A DNA stretch of 18,652 nt from an uncultured Actinomycetes bacterium (GCA_963755025.1 CAVWIH010000006.1:1-18652), one strand, 5' to 3'. Positions 1 through 8,698 are shown, numbered from the stretch's first letter. Notes: a model not told the origin generated them from the letters alone. Numbers and translations are program-made.

Positions 1-135
1 GCCCACGCCCACCCCGACCCCGACCGTGACGCCCACCCCCCCCCCCCACCCCGACCAAGAGCACGACCCCCACGCCCACCCCGACCCCGACCGTGACTCC
101 CACGCCCACCCCGACCACGACCCCCACGCCGGTCT
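1..135 (+). repeat. Low-complexity tandem repeat (accccg/acgccc units) encoding a Pro-Thr linker
   Basis: Repeated ACCCCG/ACGCCC hexamers translate to (PT)n; a 12-C homopolymer lies at 36-47. Confidence 0.85.
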
Positions 136-976
136 CCGGCGACACCACGGTCACCGGCCAGACCTTCAACACCTACACCATCCCCGCCGGCACCCACGAC
201 GTGGACTACGTCGACTGCACCTTCAACGGCGGTAACGCAAGCACAGCCGTGCTCACCCTGAACCAGACCTGCTACGACCTCACCTTCACCGACTGCACGG
301 TCGGCTCGGGCCCCTGGAACGGCGTCACCATCAACGTCACAAACGGCAACATCCACGACATCACCTTCACCGGCTGCCACATCCTGGCGGCGGGGCGCAT
401 GGGCATCGAGTGCACGCAGCGTCCGGCCTCCAACACCGTGGGCTACAAGGACATGAAGTTCATCAACGACGTGATCGAGCCCTCAGCCGAAGAGGCGATG
501 AGCTTCGACGGCGGCTACTTCGCCGCCGACAGCCTGATCGACGGCTGCACGATCAACGGCTCCGACAACCAGGCAAACCCGGCCTACTCGGGCGCCATCG
601 AGATCAACGGCCCGACCTACTTCACGGTGCAGAACACGACGACTACGCCTGCCGCAAGAACGCCTTCAACCTCGAAGGTCCGGCCGGCGCCAACGGTCAC
701 CTCGTCTTTGCAAACGACACGGTCGACTACTCCGTGCAGAAGGAGAGCCAGCCCACCGACGCCTCCACGGCGCGCCTCACCGAGCTGCAGAACGTCAACG
801 ACGCGGTCTTCAGCAACTGCAAGTTCGTCATGGGCCACGCCTGGAACGCGGGCTACTGGACGAGCTCCTCGGGCAACGACCTCTCGACCTCGACCCTGAC
901 GGGCTCGGGTAACGGCGGCAGCGGCTTCACGCTCGACTCCGCCAGCACCGGCAACAAGCTGCCGCAGAGCAAGTAA
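1..976 (+). CDS. Probably secreted right-handed parallel beta-helix (pectin lyase-like fold) protein with Pro/Thr linker; 5' truncated, two apparent frameshifts
   Basis: A PTPTPT linker is followed by repeating coil-like units (YVDCTFNGG, FTDCTVGSG, FTGCHILAAG, IDGCTINGS). ORF 93..899 degenerates after TYFTVQNTT, where frame 410..976 takes over (YACRKNAFNLEG...FSNCKFVMG...KLPQSK, TAA at 974-976). This places a frameshift near 641. A second shift lies in the 12-C run at 36-47. Confidence 0.65.
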
Positions 977-1018
977 CAGCACTCCACAAGGCAGCGAGCT
1001 GTCCCAGGGCAGCGAGAC

Positions 1019-1061
1019 GCGGCGGGGCGGGCCACCTGACGGTGGCCCGCCCCGCCGCTTT
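1019..1061 (+). terminator. Intrinsic terminator hairpin after the beta-helix gene
   Basis: Perfect 18-bp stem gcggcggggcgggccacc (1019-1036), loop tgac, ggtggcccgccccgccgc (1041-1058), followed by TTT; begins 43 nt after the stop codon. Confidence 0.85.
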
Positions 1062-1146
1062 ACGTGCCCGTCCGGCCGAGCCCGCTGCCCTTTCCGCGAC
1101 CAACCTTGTACTATGTGGCTACTATCGTGCAGGTCTTGGGGGGGTC

Positions 1147-3903
1147 ATGAGACGGATCTTGGTCGCGGGCATCGTCGTTGTCGCAGTGGCTTGCCTGGGG
1201 GGCGTCGTCGCCGGTTCCGCTCACGCCTACGTGCCCGACGGCACTCAAGGTTGGTACTGGCAGATGCCGCAGCCCGCGGCCGGTCTGGCCGACGTCACCT
1301 TCGCCGACGCCGGCGACGCCTGGGCGGTGGGGGCCGGCGGGGTCATCCTGCACAGCACCGACGCCGGCCAGACCTGGGCGGCCCAGCAGTCCGGCACCGT
1401 CGACGACCTCGATTCGGTGAGCTTCGCCGACGCCCAGCACGGCTGGGCCTCCGGCGCGTCGACCTGGAACGACCCCGGGCAAAACGTCGTCCTCGCCACC
1501 ACCGACGGCGGCGCAACCTGGGTCGACCGCACCCCCAGCGGCCTCACCCGGACCCTGACCAACGTCAGCTTCGTCGACGACCAGAACGGCTGGGCGGGCA
1601 CGACGAGCGGCTATGCGGCGCATACGACCGACGCCGGCCTCACCTGGACCACCAGGCGTGTCGGGACCGCCAAGGGCGCGCTCGCCGTCGACTTCGTGAG
1701 CGCCTCCAGAGGCTGGGCCACAGAGGATGGCGACATCGTGTGGCGCACGACCAACGGCGGGGCGACCTGGTCGATCGTGCATCGCTTCGACACTCAAGGG
1801 TTCGTCGACTTCACCGACTCGAGTCACGGCTGGGCTGCGCTGGGGACCTATGGCAACGAGAGCGTATCGTTCTCCTTTCTTGCTACCAGCGACGGCGGCG
1901 TCCACTGGCGCGTCGTGCGCCGCATCGCCGACGCCTGGATCTCTGCGTTCCACACCTCGAGCCCTCTCGACGCTGCCTTCGTCGGCGTGGTCGAGAACGG
2001 CAGCACGGTCTCCGACTCTCTGGCGGGCTCCTACATCGTGAGCGCGACCACCGACGGCGGCATGAGCTGGACCACGCGGCACATAGGGAGGACCCTTGCG
2101 CCTGCGGCGATTGCGGGCCGAGGCAGCGCGCTGTGCGCGGTGGGCGAAGGCATCGTCGCCTCCGCCGACGCCGGCGGCTCCTGGAGCGCGGCGAGCTCCG
2201 GCCAGCAGTACTCGCTCAACGACGGCGTGGCGGTCTCGTCGTCCGACCTGTGGGCGGTCGACGACGGGGGTGCACTCCTGCATAGCTCCGACGGCCGGCA
2301 GTGGGCGGAACAGCCCAGCCCCGTGCGCTGGTCGCAGGAGCTGCGCGCCCTGAGCTTCCCCGACGTAAACGACGGCTGGCTCGTGGGGACCACCCAGTCG
2401 TTCTCGGGCGGGGTCATCTTGCACACCTCCGACGGCGGCGCCACCTGGAGTCCCCAGGCGTCGAGCCTCGCCGGGGAGCTCGTCGGCGTCGATTTCGTCG
2501 ACGCCGCGAACGGCTGGGCGATCAGCGACGACCCCTGGGGCTCCGGGAACGGCGGCGCCATGACGGCGATCGAACGCACGACCGACGGCGGGGCGTCGTG
2601 GCTGGCGCAGTACGTGAACGGCAATCCGTCGCTGACCGCTGTCGATTTCGTCGACGCGACGACCGGCTGGGCGGGGGGCAGCGCCGCGAACGGCGAGGCG
2701 GCAGTCGTGTACAAGACGACCGACGGCGGCCAGAGCTGGGCGACCGAGGCGCTGCCTAAGGGGCTTACGGGTCTCAGCGGCCTGCAGTTTATAGACCAGA
2801 ACGAGGGCTGGGCGGTCGGCTCGAGCTTCGCGGAGTCCTCGGCGCCCACGCCGCAGGGCTGGCTGCTGCACACCACCGACGGCGGCGCCACCTGGGCTGC
2901 GGTGACCACGGCGCCCGCGGGATCGTTCGTCGACGCGGTCCACTTTCTCGACTCCCAGCACGGCTGGCTGGCGGGGCTGGGCGTCTGGGCCACCACCGAC
3001 GGCGGCGCCACCTGGGCGAAGGTCGCCGGCGGCGAGACGACGACGATCGCCGCTACCGACGCGACACACGTGTGGGCCTTTGGTGACGGCATCGTCGCGA
3101 CGCTCGACGGCGACGGCGGCGATGCCGCCCCGCCGCAGACCCTCGACGACGCCGACTGGGCCTGGCATCGTCGTCCGGTCACGATCGCGCTGACCGCGAG
3201 CGACACGGGCGGCTCCGGCGTCAAGGACACGCAGTTCAGCTCGGACGGCGGCTCCACCTGGCAGCCGGGAACGGCGATCGCCGTGCCCGCGCCGGCCGAC
3301 ACCCACGCGAACGACGGCGAGCACATCTTCCTCTACCGCTCGACAGACAACGCCGGCAACACCGAGGCGACCGAGATCTGCGGCGTGGGCATCGACACCG
3401 TCGGGCCGGTCTGCGGTGCGCTCAAGAACGCGACCGCCGGCGCCGGCAAGTCGGCCATCGTGCGCTTCAAGGCCGCCGACGTGACGAGCGGCGTGGCCGT
3501 GGCGACGGTCCGCATCGAGACCCGTGCCGGCCGCGTCGTGCACACGCTGGTCGCCCGCTCCGGCGACTGGTCCATGGACCCGGCGCCCGCCTACCTGTGG
3601 CTGCGCTTCACCTGCAAGCTCAAGCCCGGCCTGTACCGCGTGGTGGTGCGCGCCGTCGACCGCGCCGGCAACCTGCAAACCAGGACCGGCCGCGGCTGGC
3701 TGCGCGTGGTGCGTAGCGGCGCACCGAAGGCCACGCCGCCATTCTGGCCTTCCGGACTGCCCGGCGAGGTGACCGAGTCCGGCGCGTCCGGCAACGGCGC
3801 GCCGGCGCGCCCGGCGCGTGCCGGGCTCCTCGGGTCGCCGTGGGGTGAGCTGCAGTGGCAGGCGGGCGGCGGGCGGCTCGCCGTCACGGGTGTGGGAGAG
3901 TAG
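1147..3903 (+). CDS. Secreted BNR/Asp-box (Ycf48-like/WD40-YVTN) beta-propeller repeat protein with C-terminal Ig-like domains
   Basis: ATG at 1147 follows a G-rich RBS. Signal peptide MRRILVAGIVVVAVACLGGVVAGSAHA. About 13 S/T-x-D/N-G/A-G-x-x-W Asp-box motifs alternate with VxFxDxxxGW blades. C-terminal VTIALTASDTGGSGV...YRSTDNAGNTE and YRVVVRAVDRAGN segments look Ig-like. Confidence 0.85.
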   Translation: MRRILVAGIVVVAVACLGGVVAGSAHAYVPDGTQGWYWQMPQPAAGLADVTFADAGDAWAVGAGGVILHSTDAGQTWAAQQSGTVDDLDSVSFADAQHGWASGASTWNDPGQNVVLATTDGGATWVDRTPSGLTRTLTNVSFVDDQNGWAGTTSGYAAHTTDAGLTWTTRRVGTAKGALAVDFVSASRGWATEDGDIVWRTTNGGATWSIVHRFDTQGFVDFTDSSHGWAALGTYGNESVSFSFLATSDGGVHWRVVRRIADAWISAFHTSSPLDAAFVGVVENGSTVSDSLAGSYIVSATTDGGMSWTTRHIGRTLAPAAIAGRGSALCAVGEGIVASADAGGSWSAASSGQQYSLNDGVAVSSSDLWAVDDGGALLHSSDGRQWAEQPSPVRWSQELRALSFPDVNDGWLVGTTQSFSGGVILHTSDGGATWSPQASSLAGELVGVDFVDAANGWAISDDPWGSGNGGAMTAIERTTDGGASWLAQYVNGNPSLTAVDFVDATTGWAGGSAANGEAAVVYKTTDGGQSWATEALPKGLTGLSGLQFIDQNEGWAVGSSFAESSAPTPQGWLLHTTDGGATWAAVTTAPAGSFVDAVHFLDSQHGWLAGLGVWATTDGGATWAKVAGGETTTIAATDATHVWAFGDGIVATLDGDGGDAAPPQTLDDADWAWHRRPVTIALTASDTGGSGVKDTQFSSDGGSTWQPGTAIAVPAPADTHANDGEHIFLYRSTDNAGNTEATEICGVGIDTVGPVCGALKNATAGAGKSAIVRFKAADVTSGVAVATVRIETRAGRVVHTLVARSGDWSMDPAPAYLWLRFTCKLKPGLYRVVVRAVDRAGNLQTRTGRGWLRVVRSGAPKATPPFWPSGLPGEVTESGASGNGAPARPARAGLLGSPWGELQWQAGGGRLAVTGVGE

Positions 3904-3938
3904 AAGGCGGACGCGACACCGACAGGGGAGAAAAGCCC

Positions 3939-5402
3939 ATGGCAACCGCTCTCACCCCCAAGACCACGGTCGGCACGCTGCTCAAGGACTATCCGTTCCT
4001 GCTCGACTTCCTGGCCGACTACCACCCTGAGCTCAAGAAGCTCACCAACCCGGTCATGCGGCGCACCATGGGCCGCACCGCGACCCTCGAACGGGTCGCG
4101 GCGCAGTGCGAGGTGCCGCTCGACCGCCTCATGAACGACGTGGCCGCCGAGGTCGCGAGGGTGACCGGCGAGCGCCCGGAGATCGCGCAGACGGCGGTCG
4201 CCGGCATCGACCCCGTGCGTCAGGAGGAGCTCAAGGCGATCATCACCGCGCTGCACACCGGCAGCACGCCCGACGACGTCAAGCCGCGCTTCGCCGCGCT
4301 GATCGGCGACATCGAACCTGCCGAGATCGCCGCCATGGAAGAGGCGCTCATGGCCGAAGGCCTGCCCGAAGACGAGGTCAAGCGGCTCTGCGACGTGCAC
4401 GTGCAGGTCTTCGCGGACGCCCTCGAGGACCACGAGCCGGTTGCCGCTCCCCAGGGCCACCCCATCGACACCTTCCAGCGCGAGAACCAGGCGTTGCTGC
4501 AGATCACGCAGTCCATCCGCAAAGTGGCGGAGCGCATAGGCACGCCGCCTGGCGCCGCCGAATGGCAGCGGCTGAAGCCCGCCCTGGCGGCGTTGGTCGA
4601 CCGCCTGCTCACCGTCGACCGCCACTACCTGCGCAAAGAGAACCAGCTCTTCCCGTTCCTCGAGAAGCACGGCGTCGAGGGTCCGGCCAAGGTCATGTGG
4701 GCCCTGCACGACGACATCCGCACCGTGCTCAAGGAGCTGCGCGGCGCGCTCGCCGACGACGATGCCGCAGCCGCCGTGCACGCCGCCACCGAAGCCGCCA
4801 TCATGGCCGACGACATGGTCGTGAAAGAAGAGAAGATCCTCTTTCCCATGGCGGTCGACACGCTCTCCGAGGCGGAGTGGCGCGAGATCCGCGCCGGCGA
4901 GCCCGAGATCGGCTACTCGCTGATCACCGACGTGCCGAGCTGGCCGGGCGCCGGCGCCGAAGGCGCCACGCCGGCGCCGCCCGTCGCCGCCGGCTCGAGC
5001 GAGTTCCTGCAACTGCACACCGGCGGCATGAGCCTCGAACAGCTCAACCTCATGCTGGGCAAGCTGCCGCTCGACGTGAGCTTCGTCGACGAGCGCGACG
5101 AGGTGCGCTTCTACTCAGAGGGCGAGCGCGTGTTCCCGCGCTCGCCGGGCGTCATTGGCCGCAAGGTGCAGAACTGCCACCCGCCGGCCAGCGTGCACAA
5201 GGTGCAGGCGATCATCGACGCCTTCCGCGCCGGCCGCGAGGAGACCGCCGAGTTCTGGCTCACCCTCGACGAGAAGTTCCTGCATATCCGCTACTTCGCC
5301 GTACGCGACGCCGAGGGCGCCTACCGCGGCGTGCTCGAGACCGTGCAGAACGTGACGGCCATCCGCGCGCTCGAGGGGCAGCGGCGCTTGCTCGACTGGT
5401 AA
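3939..5402 (+). CDS. DUF438 family protein (DUF1858-like N-terminus, hemerythrin-like domain, C-terminal PAS_10 domain)
   Basis: ATG at 3939 follows GGGGAG. Motifs EIAAMEEALMAEG, RLCDVHVQVF, GHPIDTFQREN, HYLRKENQLFPFLEKHG, VMWALHDDIR, KEEKILFP, and the PAS-type LPLDVSFVD...RSPGVIGRKVQNCHPP. Confidence 0.88.
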   Translation: MATALTPKTTVGTLLKDYPFLLDFLADYHPELKKLTNPVMRRTMGRTATLERVAAQCEVPLDRLMNDVAAEVARVTGERPEIAQTAVAGIDPVRQEELKAIITALHTGSTPDDVKPRFAALIGDIEPAEIAAMEEALMAEGLPEDEVKRLCDVHVQVFADALEDHEPVAAPQGHPIDTFQRENQALLQITQSIRKVAERIGTPPGAAEWQRLKPALAALVDRLLTVDRHYLRKENQLFPFLEKHGVEGPAKVMWALHDDIRTVLKELRGALADDDAAAAVHAATEAAIMADDMVVKEEKILFPMAVDTLSEAEWREIRAGEPEIGYSLITDVPSWPGAGAEGATPAPPVAAGSSEFLQLHTGGMSLEQLNLMLGKLPLDVSFVDERDEVRFYSEGERVFPRSPGVIGRKVQNCHPPASVHKVQAIIDAFRAGREETAEFWLTLDEKFLHIRYFAVRDAEGAYRGVLETVQNVTAIRALEGQRRLLDW

Positions 5403-5469
5403 GCTGGCGCGCGGCGAGCGGGTGCTCACGCGCGCCCTCGACCACGCCGACGGCGACGAAAGGACACAC

Positions 5470-6435
5470 GTGGCCCTGAACGACTACCCGATCGACCTGC
5501 GGGTCGACTACCCGCCGCGCAGCTCGCGCGCCTGGGCCGCACTGACCATCGTCTGGATCAAGTTCGTCGCCCTCATACCCCACTTCTTCGTGCTGGCCTT
5601 TCTCGGCATCGCCCAGCTCGTCGTGGCGTTCGTCGCGCAGATCGTGGTGGCCATCAAGGGGGAGTACCCGCAGGGCATGTTCACGTTCGTGGCCGGCGTG
5701 CTGCGCTGGAACACTCGGGCTTTCGCGTTCTTCTTCTCGATCACCGACCGCTACCCGCCGTTCGCGCTCGAACCCGACCCGACGTACCCGGTCGATGTGG
5801 TGCTCGAGCGCCCCGCCCGCAGCAGCCGGCTCTACGCCGTCTTCACCGTCATCGTCCAGGTCGCGCTCGTCGTCGCCTTCATCGCGTTCATCGTCTACCT
5901 CATCCACCAGGGCTCGAACACGACGACGTTCGACAGCGACAACGTCAGCGCTCCGCGCCTCAACTTTGGCTCGCCGACCGGCGGTGGCGGTCTGGTGCTG
6001 CGCGACCTCGCCGCGCTGCCGCACTACATCGTGCTGTTGGTCCTGGGCATCGCCGCGGCCGTCGTGTGGATCGTGGTGCAGTGGGTCATCCTGTTCACCG
6101 CCGCCTACCCGCGGGGCATGTTCGACTTCAGTGCCGGAGTCCTGCGCTGGCAGACGCGGGTCAGGGGCTACGCCCTCGGCCTGAGCGACCGCTACCCGCC
6201 GTTCACCCTCGAGCCGTCGATCGGTGCGACGGCGCCCGGTCTCGCGCCGGCTGCCTGGGGCGCCACGGCCGTGCCCGGCGCCGCGCCTGCGTCGGCGCCG
6301 CCCGCCTGGTATGTCGACCCCTCCGGACGCCACACCCACCGCTACTGGGACGGCGCGCAGTGGACCCCGCACGTGGCCGACGGCGGGCAGGCCTCGTACG
6401 AGCCGCTCGTGGGTCCGGGAGCGCCGGGCGCCTGA
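5470..6435 (+). CDS. Membrane protein with two DUF4389 repeats and a C-terminal DUF2510 domain
   Basis: GTG at 5470 follows GAAAGGA. Two copies of (I/L)PHxxVL...YP(Q/R)GMFxFxAGVLRW...DRYPPF. C-terminal PPAWYVDPSGRHTHRYWDGAQWT is the DUF2510 signature. Confidence 0.85.
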   Translation: MALNDYPIDLRVDYPPRSSRAWAALTIVWIKFVALIPHFFVLAFLGIAQLVVAFVAQIVVAIKGEYPQGMFTFVAGVLRWNTRAFAFFFSITDRYPPFALEPDPTYPVDVVLERPARSSRLYAVFTVIVQVALVVAFIAFIVYLIHQGSNTTTFDSDNVSAPRLNFGSPTGGGGLVLRDLAALPHYIVLLVLGIAAAVVWIVVQWVILFTAAYPRGMFDFSAGVLRWQTRVRGYALGLSDRYPPFTLEPSIGATAPGLAPAAWGATAVPGAAPASAPPAWYVDPSGRHTHRYWDGAQWTPHVADGGQASYEPLVGPGAPGA

Positions 6436-6501
6436 CACGGGGCCGGCTGCGCGGACCGGCGGCGACCCGCCCGGCTACGCCGCCATCTCACGAGTGTGCC
6501 G

Positions 6502-7539
6502 TCAGCCCACCTTGGGCGCCGCGAAGGCATGCGGCAAGGCACGCAGTACGGCGTCGACCACCAGGCGGGTCGTGTCGGGCCGCAGGTGCACGCCGTCGTA
6601 AAAGCCAGTGGCGGAGCCGCCGATGCTCGACAGCCGGCTGAAATCGAGGACGTTGAAGCGCGTGCTGCGTTGCAACCCGCGCAGATAGGCGAGCACCAGG
6701 CGATCGCGTGCCTGCCACCCGTGGCGGTAGATGGCCGCCAGGTAGCGCGGCTGCAGGGGCGCCAGCACGACCGTCGGCCGGGCGCCCATGTCGTTCATGA
6801 GGCGGAGGGTCAGCACGAAGTAGTGGCTGGGCGCCGGATCGATGCGCGGTGGCTGTCGGCGGTAGAAGCGCAATGCGGCCGCGATGTCGCCGTTGACCCG
6901 CCGCCGAAACGACCGCACCGAAGCGGCGGCCGAGATGGGGTCGGCGATCGTGAAGCCGTTGGGTGCGATGACGCTGGGCTCCTTGGCGCCGGCGAGCAGG
7001 GCCGTGTTCGCCGAGGCGCCGAGGCGTCCGAGCTGCGACTCGACCAGCGCACTCGGCAAAAAGCGCGCCAGGAACGGATCTTCGAGCAGGGCCGCCCTCG
7101 GCGAGAACTCGTCGAACTCGTCGGCGTGGATGATCCACAAAAAGCGAAAGCGGGCGGCTGGAAAGCGCTTGTGGAACAGACTGACGAAGCACCAGTCGTC
7201 CTGCGGAGTGGCGTGGGGGACGGCCGCGTTGAAGGCGGTCAGGCCGGTCACCCGTTGGATGTAGCCGGGCTGGAACCGCAGCGCCCGGGAGCCGCCCAGC
7301 ACGACGAGTTGCGGCGGCCGCTTCATGGCCATGATCAGCTGCGTCTTGATGCCCCTGTCCGACAGGGTCCACAGCGCGGCGCCGGAGGGCCGCGGGCCGC
7401 TGCGGCGCGAGCTCGGGCGCGGGGCGGGCCGGCCGGCGCAGCCGGCGCCGGCGCCCGCGATGAGCGCGAGCGCCGCGAGCGCGGCCAGGATGCGCCCGTT
7501 ACGGCGTGCGCGCGGCGCAAGCGCCGAGGCGGCGCGCAT
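6502..7539 (-). CDS. Putative lipoprotein with SGNH/GDSL-like (DltD/AlgJ-like) hydrolase or acyltransferase fold
   Basis: Arg-rich N-region, hydrophobic ILAALAALALIAG and AGC lipobox. Block I-like QLVVLGGSRALR, then AFNAAV and a C-terminal DxxH (FYDGVHL). Start chosen at ATG 7539; GTG 7563 is an alternative. Confidence 0.6.
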   Translation of the reverse strand: MRAASALAPRARRNGRILAALAALALIAGAGAGCAGRPAPRPSSRRSGPRPSGAALWTLSDRGIKTQLIMAMKRPPQLVVLGGSRALRFQPGYIQRVTGLTAFNAAVPHATPQDDWCFVSLFHKRFPAARFRFLWIIHADEFDEFSPRAALLEDPFLARFLPSALVESQLGRLGASANTALLAGAKEPSVIAPNGFTIADPISAAASVRSFRRRVNGDIAAALRFYRRQPPRIDPAPSHYFVLTLRLMNDMGARPTVVLAPLQPRYLAAIYRHGWQARDRLVLAYLRGLQRSTRFNVLDFSRLSSIGGSATGFYDGVHLRPDTTRLVVDAVLRALPHAFAAPKVG

Positions 7540-7750
7540 CCAAACAACACCAGGACCCGTCACAGACCTAGACCTCGCTGGCAGAGCATCGATGACGACT
7601 CTCTCTAGATGCCCGCGAGGGCGCGGAGTCGTTCGGCGATGGCGTCTTTAGGGAGTCCGTCGCAGCTTCGGCGCGCCTGGCGGAGGCACGCGGGGCTCGC
7701 GGCGCGGCGAGCGGCACGTCGAAGTCGGAACCCTCACCGTTCGTGAATCT

Positions 7751-7776
7751 CACGCTAACACAGCGGTGCTAGCGTG
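7751..7776. promoter_or_regulatory. Imperfect inverted repeat in the divergent intergenic region, possible operator
   Basis: cacgctaacac-agcg-gtgctagcgtg pairs at 10 of 11 positions; it overlaps a second small palindrome cgtga-atc-tcacg (7742-7754). Confidence 0.3.
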
Positions 7777-7827
7777 CCCAGAGTCAAGGGATGTCGATCC
7801 GCATTCGTGCGCGCGTGGGGGGCTGCC

Positions 7828-8627
7828 ATGAAGGGTTGTTGGGCGCTATTGACTTGTACGGCGGTCGCGGTCCTGGCCGCGGCTGCTGCTCCCTCGGCCC
7901 TGGCGGCGAGCCGGCCGCAGACTCGTACCCATCCCCTCATGCCGGCGGCCCAACCGGGGGCGACGGCTGGGCTGTCGGGGCGAGCGACGGGTACGGCACC
8001 GGCAGCGTGATCCTTCATACGAGCGACGCCGGGGCGACCTGGGTGCCCCAGGCCTCGAACTTGTCCGGCGAGCTTTCGAACGTCGACTTCGTCGATGCGC
8101 AGAACGGCTGGGCGATCAGCGACGAGGACTTCGGCTATGGCGCGACCGGCGCTCCGCTCACGGTAGAGCACACGACCGACGGCGGCGCGACCTGGGTGCC
8201 GCAGCACGTCTACGACAACGCCGACCTGTCCGGTGTCGACTTCATCAGCGACACGACGGGCTGGGTGTCCGTGTTGCGCAGGTTCGTCGAGCGCGCCTCC
8301 GGCGTCGATCCCGGCGATGAGCTTCCCTACGACTACCTGCGCTTCAAGTGCACACTGAAGCCCGGCGAGTACCGCGTCGTGGTCCGGGCCCTCGACGTGG
8401 CCGGCAATCCCCAGTGCCTGATCGGCCACGGCGTGCTCAAGGTCGTGCGCCACGGCGCCCCCGTGTTTCGCGGCCCCGGCTGGCCGGCCGGTCTGGCGAC
8501 GGACTACTCCGACTACGCAGCGCGCCTGAGCCACGACCCGCAGGCGCGGCGCTTGCTGCGGCTGCGGGTCTCCCTGCCGGACGGCCGGCGGATGCTCCTC
8601 ACGTCGCTGGCCGGCAAGCTGCGCTGA
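7828..8627 (+). pseudogene. Internally deleted, frameshifted paralog of the BNR repeat protein at 1147-3903
   Basis: Signal peptide MKGCWALLTCTAVAVLAAAAAPSALA starts at ATG 7828, with a frame change near 7956-7962. DGWAVG..VILHTSDAGATWVPQASNLSGELSNVDFVDAQNGWAISD aligns with 2371-2670 of the large gene and joins directly to LRFKCTLKPGEYRVVVRALDVAGN...WPAGL, which aligns with 3530-3760. Confidence 0.7.
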
Positions 8628-8632
8628 CCGCC

Positions 8633-8697
8633 CGCGTCGCCGGCCGGCAACGACCTCTGCGCCGGCTGGCACGCGCTCTGCGCCGGCCGGCGACGCG
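8633..8697. terminator. Inverted repeat between convergent genes, probable bidirectional terminator
   Basis: 16-bp arms cgcgtcgccggccggc (8633-8648) and gccggccggcgacgcg (8682-8697) lie between the stops at 8627 and 8699; no clear U-tract. Confidence 0.55.
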
Positions 8698-8698
8698 C

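Noticed and set aside
1340-3260. Recurring accgacggcggcgccacctgg-like nucleotide repeats as a DNA repeat array or DGR template/variable pair
   Set aside because: They are explained by in-frame Asp-box protein repeats; there is no reverse transcriptase and no evident adenine-specific mismatch pattern with the paralog.
1111-3945. 944-aa antisense ORF, and similar long shadow ORFs such as 3591..5018, 12117..13943 and 15374..16807
   Set aside because: They mirror or overlap well-supported genes and are Arg/Gly/Ala-rich with no motifs, as expected from stop-codon scarcity in high-GC DNA.
7568-7753. 61-aa minus-strand ORF upstream of the SGNH gene
   Set aside because: It has no RBS or recognisable motif, so it cannot be supported as a gene.
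7751-7776. CIRCE (HrcA) operator, from TAGCAC...GTGTTA on the minus strand
   Set aside because: The arms and spacer do not fit TTAGCACTC-N9-GAGTGCTAA, and no chaperone genes are nearby.
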